Shown here: in pieces, positions 1 to 12,400 of the stretch | Numbering within the stretch: position 1 is the stretch's first letter | Layout: each line of letters opens with the position of its first letter | NCBI GenBank assembly: GCA_032718475.1 | Contig: JAUCBJ010001042.1 | Location: 1-41,680 of the forward strand | Length of the DNA stretch: 41,680 nucleotides | Origin: Nemertoderma westbladi | Lineage: Eukaryota; Animalia; Xenacoelomorpha | Direction: 5' to 3' | Position numbers and translations under genes: made by a program | Notes under the pieces: model-generated | The model's input: the letters and a program-made list of their open reading frames with translations, nothing else | Told to the model about the DNA's origin: nothing | Database searches by the model: none

Positions 1-29
1 TAATCTACTGTTGTAATGTAATATAACAG

Positions 30-360
30 TATGATCAACCGAGCCTATTGAGGCTCGGACCAGGCACCTAGATTTCAAAGTTCCGGTTATCATCAGACGG
101 GTGTGTGTGTCTAAGACAGCTGAGCTACCTGGACGGATGAAGATTTATTCGCTATGGAGTGGGCTATCATATTTTGGCCTTTTACTTTCACTCAGAAGGA
201 AAGTAAATTACATTATATATTTAGTTCACCGCCACTATTATTATCTACAGTTATTGCGCGGCTTATTTTTTTCCACACTTCGGCTCTGTTGAGCAGATGA
301 GTGTGTAGAGTTGTCTGTTGGAATGTACAGATTTCGATCCAGTCTAAAATATATCAGGTG
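30..360. mobile_element. Probable non-autonomous DNA/Helentron-like transposon fragment
   Basis: Perfect hairpin CCGAGCCT-attg-AGGCTCGG (39-58) followed by a short GT microsatellite (~101-110); this layout resembles HINE/DINE-type elements. Boundaries are uncertain. Confidence 0.3.
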
Positions 361-514
361 ATTTTTAGCTCGCATAAACACAAACCAGTAAACTACTTTC
401 TTTTCGACCATTTATCGTTTAAATATTTTGCTGATTATTTGCTTTTTATCAGTTTAATTAATTAATTTGTCGGGTAGTTATCAATGGGCCGCAGTTTAGT
501 AAACGCCTTAGGCG

Positions 515-830
515 TGTGTGGGGCGAGCCACGCAGTCAGGCGAGCCTTAGCGCACAATTATAATTAGTAAATAGGGCAAAATTTCATGCCGCATGTCTGT
601 CTGTCTGCTGCTGTCTTAATGAAAAATTCATTCGTAAATAACTTTTGAAGATTTTAACCATTTTCAACCAAATTTTGTATGGGCATACTAGAGAAAAAGT
701 TCCAATATTTTTGAAAGTTACGGGCAAATACCTCTCGAACTTTTGACTCCAGATCAAATCGAACTTGTTTCGAACTTGCTCAAGTTCGCGTGGTGCGCGA
801 CGCCCCACGAACGTGTTGTATTACATCGCG
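515..830 (+). mobile_element. Non-autonomous Helentron/DINE-like (HINE) element
   Basis: Subterminal inverted repeats GTGGGGCG (518-525) / CGCCCCAC (801-808), (TGTC)n microsatellite at 594-607, and 3' hairpin CGAACTTG-ct-CAAGTTCG (771-788). The 5' part resembles 6301-6470. Confidence 0.55.
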
Positions 831-921
831 TTAAAATGAATACAATATGAATAATATTCAGCCACCCTTAATTGTTTTCGATGTTGCTGTGTGGCGCCTT
901 AATATGAGTCCGGCTGTATTA

Positions 922-3077
922 TCATCAACTAACTCTGATTGAGTGGTTTCGTTGCGCTGCACCCTATTGCTCATAAACTAACTCTGATTGAGTGGTTTCG
1001 TTGCGCTGCACCCTATTGCTCATCAACTAACTCTGATTGAGTGGTTTCGTTGCGCTGCACCCTATTGCTCATCAACTAACTCTGATTGAGTGGTTTCGTT
1101 GCGCTGCACCCTATTGCTCATCAACTAACTCTGATTGAGTGGTTTCGTTGCGCTGCACCCTATTGCTCATCAACTAACTCTGATTGAGTGGTTTCGTTGC
1201 GCTGCACCCTATTGCTCATCAACTAACTCTGATTGAGTGGTTTCGTTGCGCTGCACCCTATTGCTCATCAACTAACTCTGATTGAGTGGTTTCGTTGCGC
1301 TGCACCCTATTGCTCATCAACTAACTCTGATTGAGTGGTTTCGTTGCGCTGCACCCTATTGCTCATCAACTAACTCTGATTGAGTGGTTTCGTTGCGCTG
1401 CACCCTATTGCTCATCAACTAACTCTGATTGAGTGGTTGCGTTGCGCTGCACCCTATTGCTCATCAACTAACTCTGATTGAGTGGTTTCGTTGCGCTGCA
1501 CCCTATTGCTCATCAACTAACTATGATTGAGTGGTTTCGTTGCGCTGCACCCTATTGCTCATCAACTAACTCTGATTGAGTGGTTTCGTTGCGCTGCACC
1601 CTATTGCTCATCAACTAACTCTGATTGAGTGGTTTCGTTGCGCTGCACCCTATTGCTCATCAACTAACTCTGATTGAGTGGTTTCGTTGCGCTGCACCCT
1701 ATTGCTCATCAACTAACTCTGATTGAGTGGTTTCGTTGCGCTGCACCCTATTGCTCATCAACTAACTCTGATTGAGCGGTTTCGTTGCGCTGCACCCTAT
1801 TGCTCATCAACTAACTCTGATTGAGTGGTTTCGTTGCGCTGCACCCTATTGCTCATAAACTAACTCTGATTGAGTGGTTTCGTTGCGCTGCACCCTATTG
1901 CTCATCAACTAACTCTGATTGAGCGGTTTCGTTGCGCTGCACCCTATTGCTCATCAACTAACTCTGATTGAGTGGTTTCGTTGCGCTGCACCCTATTGCT
2001 CATCAACTAACTCTGATTGAGTGGTTTCGTTGCGCTGCACCCTATTGCTCATCAACTAACTCTGATTGAGTGGTTTCGTTGCGCTGCACCCTATTGCTCA
2101 TCAACTAACTCTGATTGAGTGGTTTCGTTGCGCTGCACCCTATTGCTCATCAACTAACTCTGATTGAGTGGTTTCGTTGCGCTGCACCCTATTGCTCATC
2201 AACTAACTCTGATTGAGTGGTTTCGTTGCGCTGCACCCTATTGCTCATCAACTAACTCTGATTGAGTGGTTTCGTTGCGCTGCACCCTATTGCTCATCAA
2301 CTAACTCTGATTGAGTGGTTTCGTTGCGCTGCACCCTATTGCTCATCAACTAACTCTGATTGAGTGGTTTCGTTGCGCTGCACCCTATTGCTCATCAACT
2401 AACTCTGATTGAGTGGTTTCGTTGCGCTGCACCCTATTGCTCATCAACTAACTCTGATTGAGCGGTTTCGTTGCGCTGCACCCTATTGCTCATCAACTAA
2501 CTCTGATTGAGTGGTTTCGTTGCGCTGCACCCTATTGCTCATCAACTAACTCTGATTGAGTGGTTTCGTTGCGCTGCACCCTATTGCTCATCAACTAACT
2601 CTGATTGAGCGGTTTCGTTGCGCTGCACCCTATTGCTCATCAACTAACTCTGATTGAGTGGTTTCGTTGCGCTGCACCCTATTGCTCATCAACTAACTCT
2701 GATTGAGTGGTTTCGTTGCGCTGCACCCTATTGCTCATCAACTAACTCTGATTGAGTGGTTTCGTTGCGCTGCACCCTATTGCTCATCAACTAACTCTGA
2801 TTGAGTGGTTTCGTTGCGCTGCACCCTATTGCTCATCAACTAACTCTGATTGAGTGGTTTCGTTGCGCTGCACCCTATTGCTCATCAACTAACTCTGATT
2901 GAGTGGTTTCGTTACGCTGCACCCTATTGCTCATCAACTAACTCTGATTGAGCGGTTTCGTTGCGCTGCACCCTATTGCTCATAAACTAACTCTGATTGA
3001 GTGGTTTCGTTACGCTGCACCCTATTGCTCATCAACTAACTCTGATTGAGTGGTTTCGTTGCGCTGCACCCTATTGC
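922..3077. repeat. Tandem array of a 49-bp unit, ~44 copies, nearly identical
   Basis: Unit ATCAACTAACTCTGATTGAGTGGTTTCGTTGCGCTGCACCCTATTGCTC repeated head-to-tail with no spacers; rare variants GAGCGG, CATAAAC and GTTACGC. Confidence 0.98.
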
Positions 3078-5570
3078 GCCTATTGCTGCTTTGATGTACA
3101 TTATTCCTCCACTGACGCTCATCAAAATGGTTGATTTTAATGGCATTTAATATACGAGATTACATATCAATAATATATTGGATAATTCTGGCACTGCAAT
3201 GAGCCTAAATGTAGATCAATTGTAATGTTTATTGCACAATCATTTATATGTTTTACAAGTGTGTAAAATATATTGATGGTAAAATGCCATGAGATTTGAC
3301 ATGCACAATTGCGCACCGGTTATGATACTAGATAAAAAATAGTAATAAATGATTCTAGTTCAATGATCTAGAATTTAGGCAATATTAACATCCCCTATAG
3401 GACCAGGTTCGAGCTACTGAGCTACAACATATCAACTATATCATTTGTCATATCAACTTTGGTTTCGTGTAGGTCTGGGCTAATTTTACAACAGGCGATT
3501 AAAATAGCAAACGAATGGCAAGTTCAAATCATACAAGATTAGACCCCATTGAAAAAAAATATTAAATAGAATTCCGTGTAGGACCAGAGACACTATCAAC
3601 CACTGGTAACCGGTTACTATCGAAATCCTCTTGGATGATTGCTGTTTTAACAAAGTACTTAAACTGTTTACAGCGCTGCTGACTGTCTGTATGTGCTAAG
3701 GGGTCTTTAATTAATCAGAAACGGGGTGTGCCTGAGCTGTGCAAGTACTATAAATAGGGTGAACTAACCGGCGTCGCATGGGTTCTTTCTCTTGGCCTCT
3801 GGTTGTTTGGGTGAAGTTGTTGGTTTTGGATGTACAGCCACTACCAAAATGGTTACAATAAATATAACCACCCCTGTACAAACATAATATATATACAGGA
3901 TTTATAGCCACGCTGATTAACGTGTCTGGCACCGAATAATAAAGTTATATTGAATAGTATTATTATAATAATATATAGCTGACTGATTGTGAGAAATACG
4001 CCACAAAACGCACTTGGGGAACTTTTCGGATAAAATAACGTAACCTATATATAAGACTAATAACGTACCCCCCCCCCCCCCCCCCCCCCCCTCTCTCCCT
4101 AGGGATATGTGGCAATTATGTACGCATATATAAAATTCCAGTAGAATTTCGACCGAAAAGTGAAAACCTGGTATTTTTCATACCCCCCCCCCCCCCCCCA
4201 TCCAGATGACCATAAATGTATTTAATGAACTGCGAGAGGTATACTCACCGTATTGCACATTGTGAATAAACAGCTGATACGCCAATCCGTGATTGACCGC
4301 CATTTGTAATGATTACAAAGTAATAACCGAACCCAGCACTAATAGTTTATGACGATATAACCGCAAGAGTTGTTGTATAATCTAATTATCCACCATATCA
4401 ATAAATGTTAATGCGTTGTTGGTTAGATCAATAATACCCACATCGAATAAATATTTCCATTATCCACCATTAATTGAATATTTAATAATTTATAAACCAC
4501 AATACAAATGCGACCAGTAGTAGTTGGTTCTTTTTATTGTAGAATCGCACCGAATAATTTTTTATTATATGAAAATTTATTTGGTATAACTAGACAACCG
4601 AAGTTCACGTGATAGTTACTTAACGTGACGTCAATTCGTCATTAAATAATAATTACTTTGTTTTCAATGAATTTCTATGGTCATGTTGGGATGACGAGTA
4701 ATGTTATTAACCGTTATATGTACTTTGCCTTCTCAAAGAAAGGTGAACAAAGTACGAGGTAAGGATAAAGTCTTTAGATAAAGAACGCAATGGTAAAAAC
4801 TCTACCTGGAATTATTAAAAGTAACTTTAATCCCTAATTACAACATTATTTATATAAATGAAGAAATGTGTGGCTCCTGATATGGATGGCCAAGCCTTGT
4901 CCAATGGACAGGACTGTCGCCTTGGGACAATGGGAGATTGGTTATCTACAGTCCCTCCCCGCCCCCCTGTAGTTACCGATAGCTAGTACCCCCCCCCCCC
5001 CCCCCCCCCCCCCTGTCGGTGCCTTCTGCCCGAGTTAAAGAGGTTGGAGATTTCTTGGCAATCGTTTAGACGGAAACTCTTATTAATAGTGGCCCCTTTA
5101 AGTCTTGGATTTCTATTGAACCAGCTCCTTCAGTGGCTATTATGCCTTTTGTGTAGGGCATATGTAACGGGTTTAGACGAGTAGGGCCGACATTATGTAA
5201 TGGAAAGCGAATGTACCTGCTAGCTAAGCTGCTCTAGGCTGTAACGCTAATGACATAGTGCTGATTTATTATCAATCTGGGGGGGGGCAACGAACTCGAT
5301 ATACACAAATAAGGTAGAACTTCCTCATTTCATCCATTTATAATTTGCAACTCATTGTATATTTAATAGTTAAACATGGCGCCACACTAACTCCCATGGT
5401 TGAACACTCACTAACTATCCGTCCATTTTCTCAACCCCCTGGCATTATATAATATGTTTTACACGAATCGACCATGAGTTAGATGTTATGATTTTGTAAT
5501 GGAAAATTGTGGAATTAACTCCAACAGACGAGGCAAATCTGCTATAATTGAACTGATATCAGTGACAGCA

Positions 5571-5706
5571 AGTGTTGAGAACTGTAATTGAACTGTAACT
5601 GTAATTACGAATTTTGAATACTGTAACCGAAACTGTAATTACGAATTTTGAATACTGTAACTGAAACTGAAGTTACAGAAAATCATCGATTTAGTTCTCA
5701 ACCACG
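5571..5706. mobile_element. Small MITE-like element with internal AACTGTAA-type repeats
   Basis: 10-bp perfect inverted repeat GTTGAGAACT (5574-5583) / AGTTCTCAAC (5693-5702) enclosing a duplicated ACTGTAATTACGAATTTTGAATACTGTAAC block. Confidence 0.45.
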
Positions 5707-5809
5707 CAACTAAAACGAATGAGCGTTTACAGTATTGTAATAGTATAAATAAAGTATAGTTTAATAAATGAATAACACTGGTCGACATGGGTATATAATT
5801 TTTAAAACA

Positions 5810-6030
5810 TTGTATTTTTTATTAGGAGCCCGCTCGACAGCAGGACACTTAATGTAAAAATCTCCGGTCATATAACACTGACTGACTGACTCACTCACTG
5901 ATAATAATCCAGGTTCAGGCACTTCCTGCCTGGCGTTTTTGATGAAATTTTGCAAGTACATTGCTTTGGTGGTTCATAATCGTGTTACATAATTTCAGAT
6001 CGATTATATGTGTGGTATTCGAAATAATTC
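5810..6030 (+). mobile_element. Possible DINE/HINE-like fragment with (ACTG)n/(ACTC)n microsatellite
   Basis: ACTGACTGACTGACTCACTCACTG at ~5877-5900 followed by GATGAAATTTTGCA, a layout typical of such non-autonomous elements; no clear termini. Confidence 0.3.
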
Positions 6031-6300
6031 GTATTTTTGACATTAATTTGTCACGAAATTAAATGTATTTAGACATTCATTGACAGCTGTTCACAATGAA
6101 AAATGGCTTATGTAATGGATTTCTATACAGGCTTAGTACAAATCGATGAAGTTGCCAATATTTCTGTACTTAGTTCACCCATACTGTTTGTTTATGCCCT
6201 ACCACTCTGTGGCAAAGTTGAATTTCTCCATAGACTAGCATTACTGCGTGTGTTTAACATTTCACACAGCTGATGGCCTTCACACTCGACCCAAAGATAA

Positions 6301-6470
6301 TTTGTGGGGCGAGACACGTAGTCGGCGAGTCTTGGCATACGGTTCATATAGGGCAAATGGGGCATGTCCGTCTGTCCGTCCGTCTGTCTGTCTGGTAAAT
6401 CTTTGAACGCGAATTTATCGGCATCGCTGATTTGAAATTGAACCAAACTTAGTAGGTAAGTAGTGCGGCT
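6301..6470 (+). mobile_element. 5' portion of a Helentron/DINE-like element abutting the 19-bp satellite
   Basis: TTTGTGGGGCGAGACACGTAGTC..GCGAGTCTT, then ATAGGGCAAA and a (GTCC/GTCT)n microsatellite (6366-6394), collinear with the 515-830 element; no matching 3' end found. Confidence 0.55.
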
Positions 6471-6472
6471 AC

Positions 6473-9400
6473 TTGTGAGGAAAAGTATTTCTAGTGAGGG
6501 AAAATATATCTAGTGAGGGGAAGTATTTATAGTGAGGGAAAGTATTTATAGTGAAGGAAAGTATTTCTAGTAAGGGAAAGTATTCCTAGTGAGGTAAAGT
6601 ATTCGTAGTGAGGGAAAATACTTCTTGTGAGGGAAAGTATTTCTAGTGAGGGAAAATATATCTAGTGAGGGGAAGTATTTACATGAGGGAAAGTTTTTCT
6701 AGTGAGGGAAAGTATTTATAGTGAGAAAAAGTATTTATAGTGAGGGGAAGTATTTCAAGCGAGTGAAAGTATTTCTAGTGAGGTAAAGTATTCCTAGTGA
6801 GGGAAAATTCTTCTTGTGAGGGAAAGTATTTCTAGTGAGGGAGAGTATTTCTAGTCAGGGGAAGTATTTATAGTGAGGGAAAGTATTTCTAGCGAGGGAA
6901 AGTATTTATAGTGAGGGAGAGTATTTCTAGTCAGGGGAAGTATTTATAGTGAGGGAAAGTATTTATAGTGAGGGAAAGTATTTATAGTGAGAAAAAGTAT
7001 TTATAGTGAGGGAGAGTATTTCAAGCGAGGGAAAGTATTTCTAATGAGTGAAAGTATTTCTAGTGAGGTAAAGTATTCGTAGTGAGGTAAAGTATTTCTA
7101 GTGAGGGAAAGTATTTATAGTGAGAAAAAGTATTTATAGTGAGGGAGAGTATTTCAAGCGAGGGAAAGTATTTCTAATGAGGGAAAGTATATCAAGTTAG
7201 TGAAAGTATTTCTAGTGAGGTAAAGTATTCGTAGTGAGGTAAAGTATTCGTAGTGAGGTGAGGTATTCCTAGTGAGGGAAAATTCTTCTTGTGAGGGAAA
7301 GTATTTCTAGTGAGGGAGAGTATTTCTAGTGAGGGAAATTATTCGTAGTGAGGTAAAGTATTTCTAGTGAGGGAAAGTATTTATAGTGAGAAAAAGTATT
7401 TATAGTGAGGGAGGGTATTTCTAGTGAGGGAAAGTATTTATAGTGAGGGAAATTATTTCTAGTGAGGGAAAGTATTTATAGTGAGAAAAAGTATTTCTAG
7501 TGAGGGAAAGTATTTCTAATGAGGGAAAGTACATCAAGCGAGTGAAAGTATTTCTAGTGAGGTAAAGTATTCGTAGTGAGGTAAAGTATTCGTAGTGAGG
7601 TAAAGTATTCGTAGTGAGGTGAGGTATTCATAGTGAGGGAAAATTCTTCTTGTGAGGGAAAGTATTTCTAGTGAGGGAGAGTATTTCTAGTGAGGAAAAG
7701 TATTTCTAGAGAGGGGAAGTATTTATAATGAGGGAAAGTATATCAAGCGAGTGAAAGTATTTCTAGTGAGGTAAAGTATTCGTAGTGAGGTAAAGTATTC
7801 GTAGTGAGGTAAAGTATTCGTAGTGAGGTGAGGTATTCATAGTGAGGGAAAATTCTTCTTGTGAGGGAATGTATTTCTAGTGAGGGAAAGTATTTCTAAT
7901 GAGGGAAAGTATTTATAGTGAGGGGAAGTATTTCAAGCGAGGGAAAGTATTTATAGTTTGGGAAAGTATTTCTAGTGAGGGAAAGTATTTCTAGCGAGGG
8001 AAAGTATTTATAGTGAGAACAAGTATTTATAGTGAGAGAATGTATTTCTAGTGAGGAAAAGTATTTCTTGTGAGGGGACGTATTTTTAGTGAGGGATAGT
8101 ATTTCTAGTGAGGGAAAGTATTTATAGTGAGGGAAAGTATTTATAGTGAGGGGAAGTATTTATAGTGAGAGAATGTATTTATAGTGAGAACAAGTATTTA
8201 TAGTGAGAGAATGTATTTCTAGTGAGGAAAAGTATTTCTTGTGAGGGGACGTATTTTTAGTGAGGGATAGTATTTCTAGTGAGGGAAAGTATTTATAGTG
8301 AGGGAGAGTATTTCTAGCGAGGGAAAGTATTTATAGTGAGGGAGAGTATTTATAGTGAGAAAAAGTATTTATAGTGAGGGAGAGTATTTCTAGTGAGGGA
8401 AAGTATTTATAGTGAGGAAAAGTATTTATAGTGAGAGAAAGTATTTATAGTGAGAACAAGTATTTATAGTGAGAGAATGTATTTCTAGTGAGGAAAAGTA
8501 TTTCTTGTGAGGGGACGTATTTTTAGTGAGGGATAGTATTTCTAGTGAGGGAAAGTATTTATAGTGAGGGAAAGTATTTATAGTGAGGGGAAGTATTTAT
8601 AGTGAGTGAAAGTATTTATAGTGAGAACAAGTATTTATAGTGAGAGAATGTATTTCTAGTGAGGAAAAGTATTTCTTGTGAGGGGACGTATTTTTAGTGA
8701 GGGATAGTATTTATAGTGAGAAAAAGTATTTATAGTGAGGGAGAGTATTTCTAGTGAGGGAAAGTATTTATAGTGAGGAAAAGTATTTATAGTGAGAGAA
8801 AGTATTTATAGTGAGAACAAGTATTTATAGTGAGAGAATGTATTTCTAGTGAGGAAAAGTATTTCTTGCGAGGGGACGTATTTTTAGTGAGGGATAGTAT
8901 TTCTAGTGAGGGAAAGTATTTATAGTGAGGGAAAGTATTTATAGTGAGGGGAAGTATTTATAGTGAGGGGGAAGTATTTCTAGTGAGGGAAAGTATTTCT
9001 TGTGAGGGGACGTATTTTTAGTGAGGGATAGTATTTCTAGTGAGGGAAAGTATTTATAGTGAGAGAAAGTATTTATAGTGAGAACAAGTATTTATAGTGA
9101 GAGAATGTATTTCTAGTGAGGAAAAGTATTTCTTGTGAGGGGACGTATTTTTAGTGAGGGATAGTATTTCTAGTGAGGGAAAGTATTTATAGTGAGGGAA
9201 AGTATTTATAGTGAGGGGAAGTATTTATAGTGAGGGAAAGTATTTATAGTGAGAACAAGTATTTATAGTGAGAGAATGTATTTCTAGTGAGGAAAAGTAT
9301 TTCTTGTGAGGGGACGTATTTTTAGTGAGGGATAGTATTTCTAGTGAGGGAAAGTATTTATAGTGAGGGAGAGTATTTCTAGCGAGGGAAAGTATTTATA

Positions 9401-12400
9401 GTGAGAAAAAGTATTTATAGTGAGGGAGAGTATTTCTAGTGAGGGAAAGTATTTATAGTGAGGAAAAGTATTTATAGTGAGAGAAAGTATTTATAGTGAG
9501 AACAAGTATTTATAGTGAGAGAATGTATTTCTAGTGAGGAAAAGTATTTCTTGTGAGGGGACGTATTTTTAGTGAGGGATAGTATTTCTAGTGAGGGAAA
9601 GTATTTATAGTGAGGGAAAGTATTTATAGTGAGGGGAAGTATTTATAGTGAGGGAAAGTATTTATAGTGAGAACAAGTATTTATAGTGAGAGAATGTATT
9701 TCTAGTGAGGAAAAGTATTTCTTGTGAGGGGACGTATTTTTAGTGAGGGATAGTATTTCTAGTGAGGGAAAGTATTTATAGTGAGGGAAAGTATTTATAG
9801 TGAGGGGAAGTATTTATAGTGAGGGAGAGTATTTCTAGTGAGGGAAAGTATTCCTAGTGAGGGAAAGTATTTCTAGTGAGGGAAAATACTTATTGTGAGG
9901 GAAAGTATTTCTAATGAGGGGAAGTATTTCAAGCGAGTGAAAGTATTTGTAGTAAGGTAAAGTATTCCTAGTGAGGGACAATACATTTGTGAGGGAAAGT
10001 ATTCCTAGTGAGGAAAATACATTTTGTGAGAGAAAGTATTTCAAGTGAGGGGGAAGTATTTCTAGTGAGGGGAAGTATTTCTAGTGAGGGAAAGTATTTC
10101 TAGTGAGGGAAAGTATTCCTAGTGAGGGAAAATACATTTGTGAGGGAAAGTATTCCTAGTGAGGAAAATACATTTTGTGAGAGAAAGTATTTCAAGTGAG
10201 GGGGAAGTATTTCTAGTGAGGGGAAGTATTTCTAGTGAGGGAAAGTATTTCTAGTGAGGGAAAGTATTTCTAGCGAGGGAAAGTATTTATAGTGAGGTAA
10301 AGTATTCGGAGTGAGGTAAAGTATTCGTAGTGAGGTGAGGTATTCCTAGTGAGGGAAAATTCTTCTTGTGAGGGAAAGTATTTCTAGTGAGGGAAAGTAT
10401 TTCAAGCGAGGGGAAGTATTTCAAGCGAGGGAAAGTATTTCTAGTGAGGGAAAGTATTTATAGTGAGGGAAAGTATTTATAGTGAGGGAAAGTATTTCTA
10501 GTGGGGGAAGTATTTATAGTGAGGGGAAGTATTTCTAGTGAGGGAAAGTATTTCTAGTGAGGGAAAGTATTTCTAGTGAGGGAAAGTATTTCTAGTGAGG
10601 GAAAGTATTTATAGTGAGGGGAAGTATTTCAAGCGAGGGAAAGTATTTATAGTGAGGGAAAGTATTTCTAGTGAGGGGTAGTATTTATAGTGAGAAAAAG
10701 TATTTATAGTGAGAGAATGTATTTCTAGTGAGGAAAGGTATTTCTTGTGAGAGGACGTATTTTTAGTGAGGGATAGTATTTATAGTGAGGGAAAGTATTT
10801 ATAGTGAGGGGAAGTATTTCAAGCGAGGGAAAGTATTTATAGTGAGGGAAAGTATTTCTAGTGAGGGGTAGTATTTATAGTGAGAAAAAGTATTTATAGT
10901 GAGAGAATGTATTTCTAGTGAGGAAAGGTATTTCTTGTGAGAGGACGTATTTTTAGTGAGGGATAGTATTTCTAGTGAGGGAAAGTATTCCTAGTGAAGG
11001 AAAATACTTTTTGTGAGGGGAAGTATTTCTAATGAGGGGAAATATTTCAAGCGAGTGAAAGTACTTCTAGTGGGGGAAGTAGTTCTAGTAAGGTAAAAAG
11101 TATTCGTAGTGAGGTAAAGTATTCCTAGTGAGGGAAAATACATTTGTGAGGGAAAGTATTCCTAGTGAAGGAAAATACTTTTTGTGAGGGGAAGTATTTC
11201 TAGTGAGGGGAAATATTTCAAGCGAGTGAAAGTACTTCTAGTGGGGGAAGTAGTTCTAGTAAGGTAAAAAGTATTCGTAGTGAGGGAAAGTATTCCTAGT
11301 GAGGGAAAATACATTTGTGAGGGAAAGTATTTCAAGTGAGGGGGAAGTATTTCTAGTGAGGGGAAGTATTTCTAGTGAGGGAAAGTATTTCTAGTGAGGG
11401 AAAGTATTTCTAGCGAGGGAAAGTATTTATAGTGAGGTAAAGTATTCGTAGTGAGGTAAAGTATTCGTAGTGAGGTGAGGTATTCCTAGTGAGGGAAAAT
11501 TCTTCTTGTGAGGGAAAGTATTTCTAGTGAGGGAAAGTATTTCAAGCGAGGGAAAGTATTTCTAGCGAGGGAAAGTATTTCTAGTGAGGGAAAGTATTTA
11601 TAGTGAGGGGAAGTATTTCTAGTGAGGGAAAGTATTTCTAGTGAGGGAAAGTATTTCTAGTGAGGGAGAGTATTTCTAGTCAGGGGAAGTATTTATAGTG
11701 AGGGAAAGTATTTATAGTGAGGGAAAGTATTTATAGTGAGGGAAAGTATTTCTAGTGAGGGAAAGTATTTATAGTGAGGGGAAGTATTTCTAGTGAGGGA
11801 GAGTATTTATAGTGAGGGAAAGTATTTATAGTGAGGGAAAGTATTCCTAGTGAGGGAAAATACTTATTGTAAGGGAAAGTATTTATAGTGAGGGAAAGTA
11901 TTTATAGTGAGGGGAAGTATTTCTAGTGAGGGAGAGTATTTCTAGTGAGGGAAAGTATTTATAGTGAGGGAAAGTATTTCTAGCGAGGGAAAGTATTTAT
12001 AGTGAGGGAAAGTATTTCAAGCGAGGGAAAGTATTTATAGTGAGGGAAAGTATTTCTAGCGAGGGAAAGTATTTATAGTGAGGGAAAGTATTTCTAGTGA
12101 GGGAGAGTATTTATAGTGAGGGAAAGTATTTATAGTGAGGGAAAGTATTCCTAGTGAGGGAAAATACTTATTGTAAGGGAAAGTATTTATAGTGAGGGAA
12201 AGTATTTCTAGTGAGGGAGAGTATTTATAGTGAGGGAAAGTATTTATAGTGAGGGAAAGTATTCCTAGTGAGGGAAAATACTTATTGTAAGGGAAAGTAT
12301 TTATAGTGAGGGAAAGTATTTCTAGCGAGGGAAAGTATTTATAGTGAGGGAAAGTATTTATAGTGAGGGGAAGTATTTCTAGCGAGGGAAAGTATTTATA

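Noticed and set aside
922-3077. CRISPR array
   Set aside because: The units are contiguous 49-bp copies with no unique spacers, there are no cas genes, and the context is eukaryotic.
4604-4634. E-box (CACGTG) and CRE (TGACGTCA) cluster as a promoter
   Set aside because: Short motifs with no gene nearby in the window; cannot be distinguished from chance.
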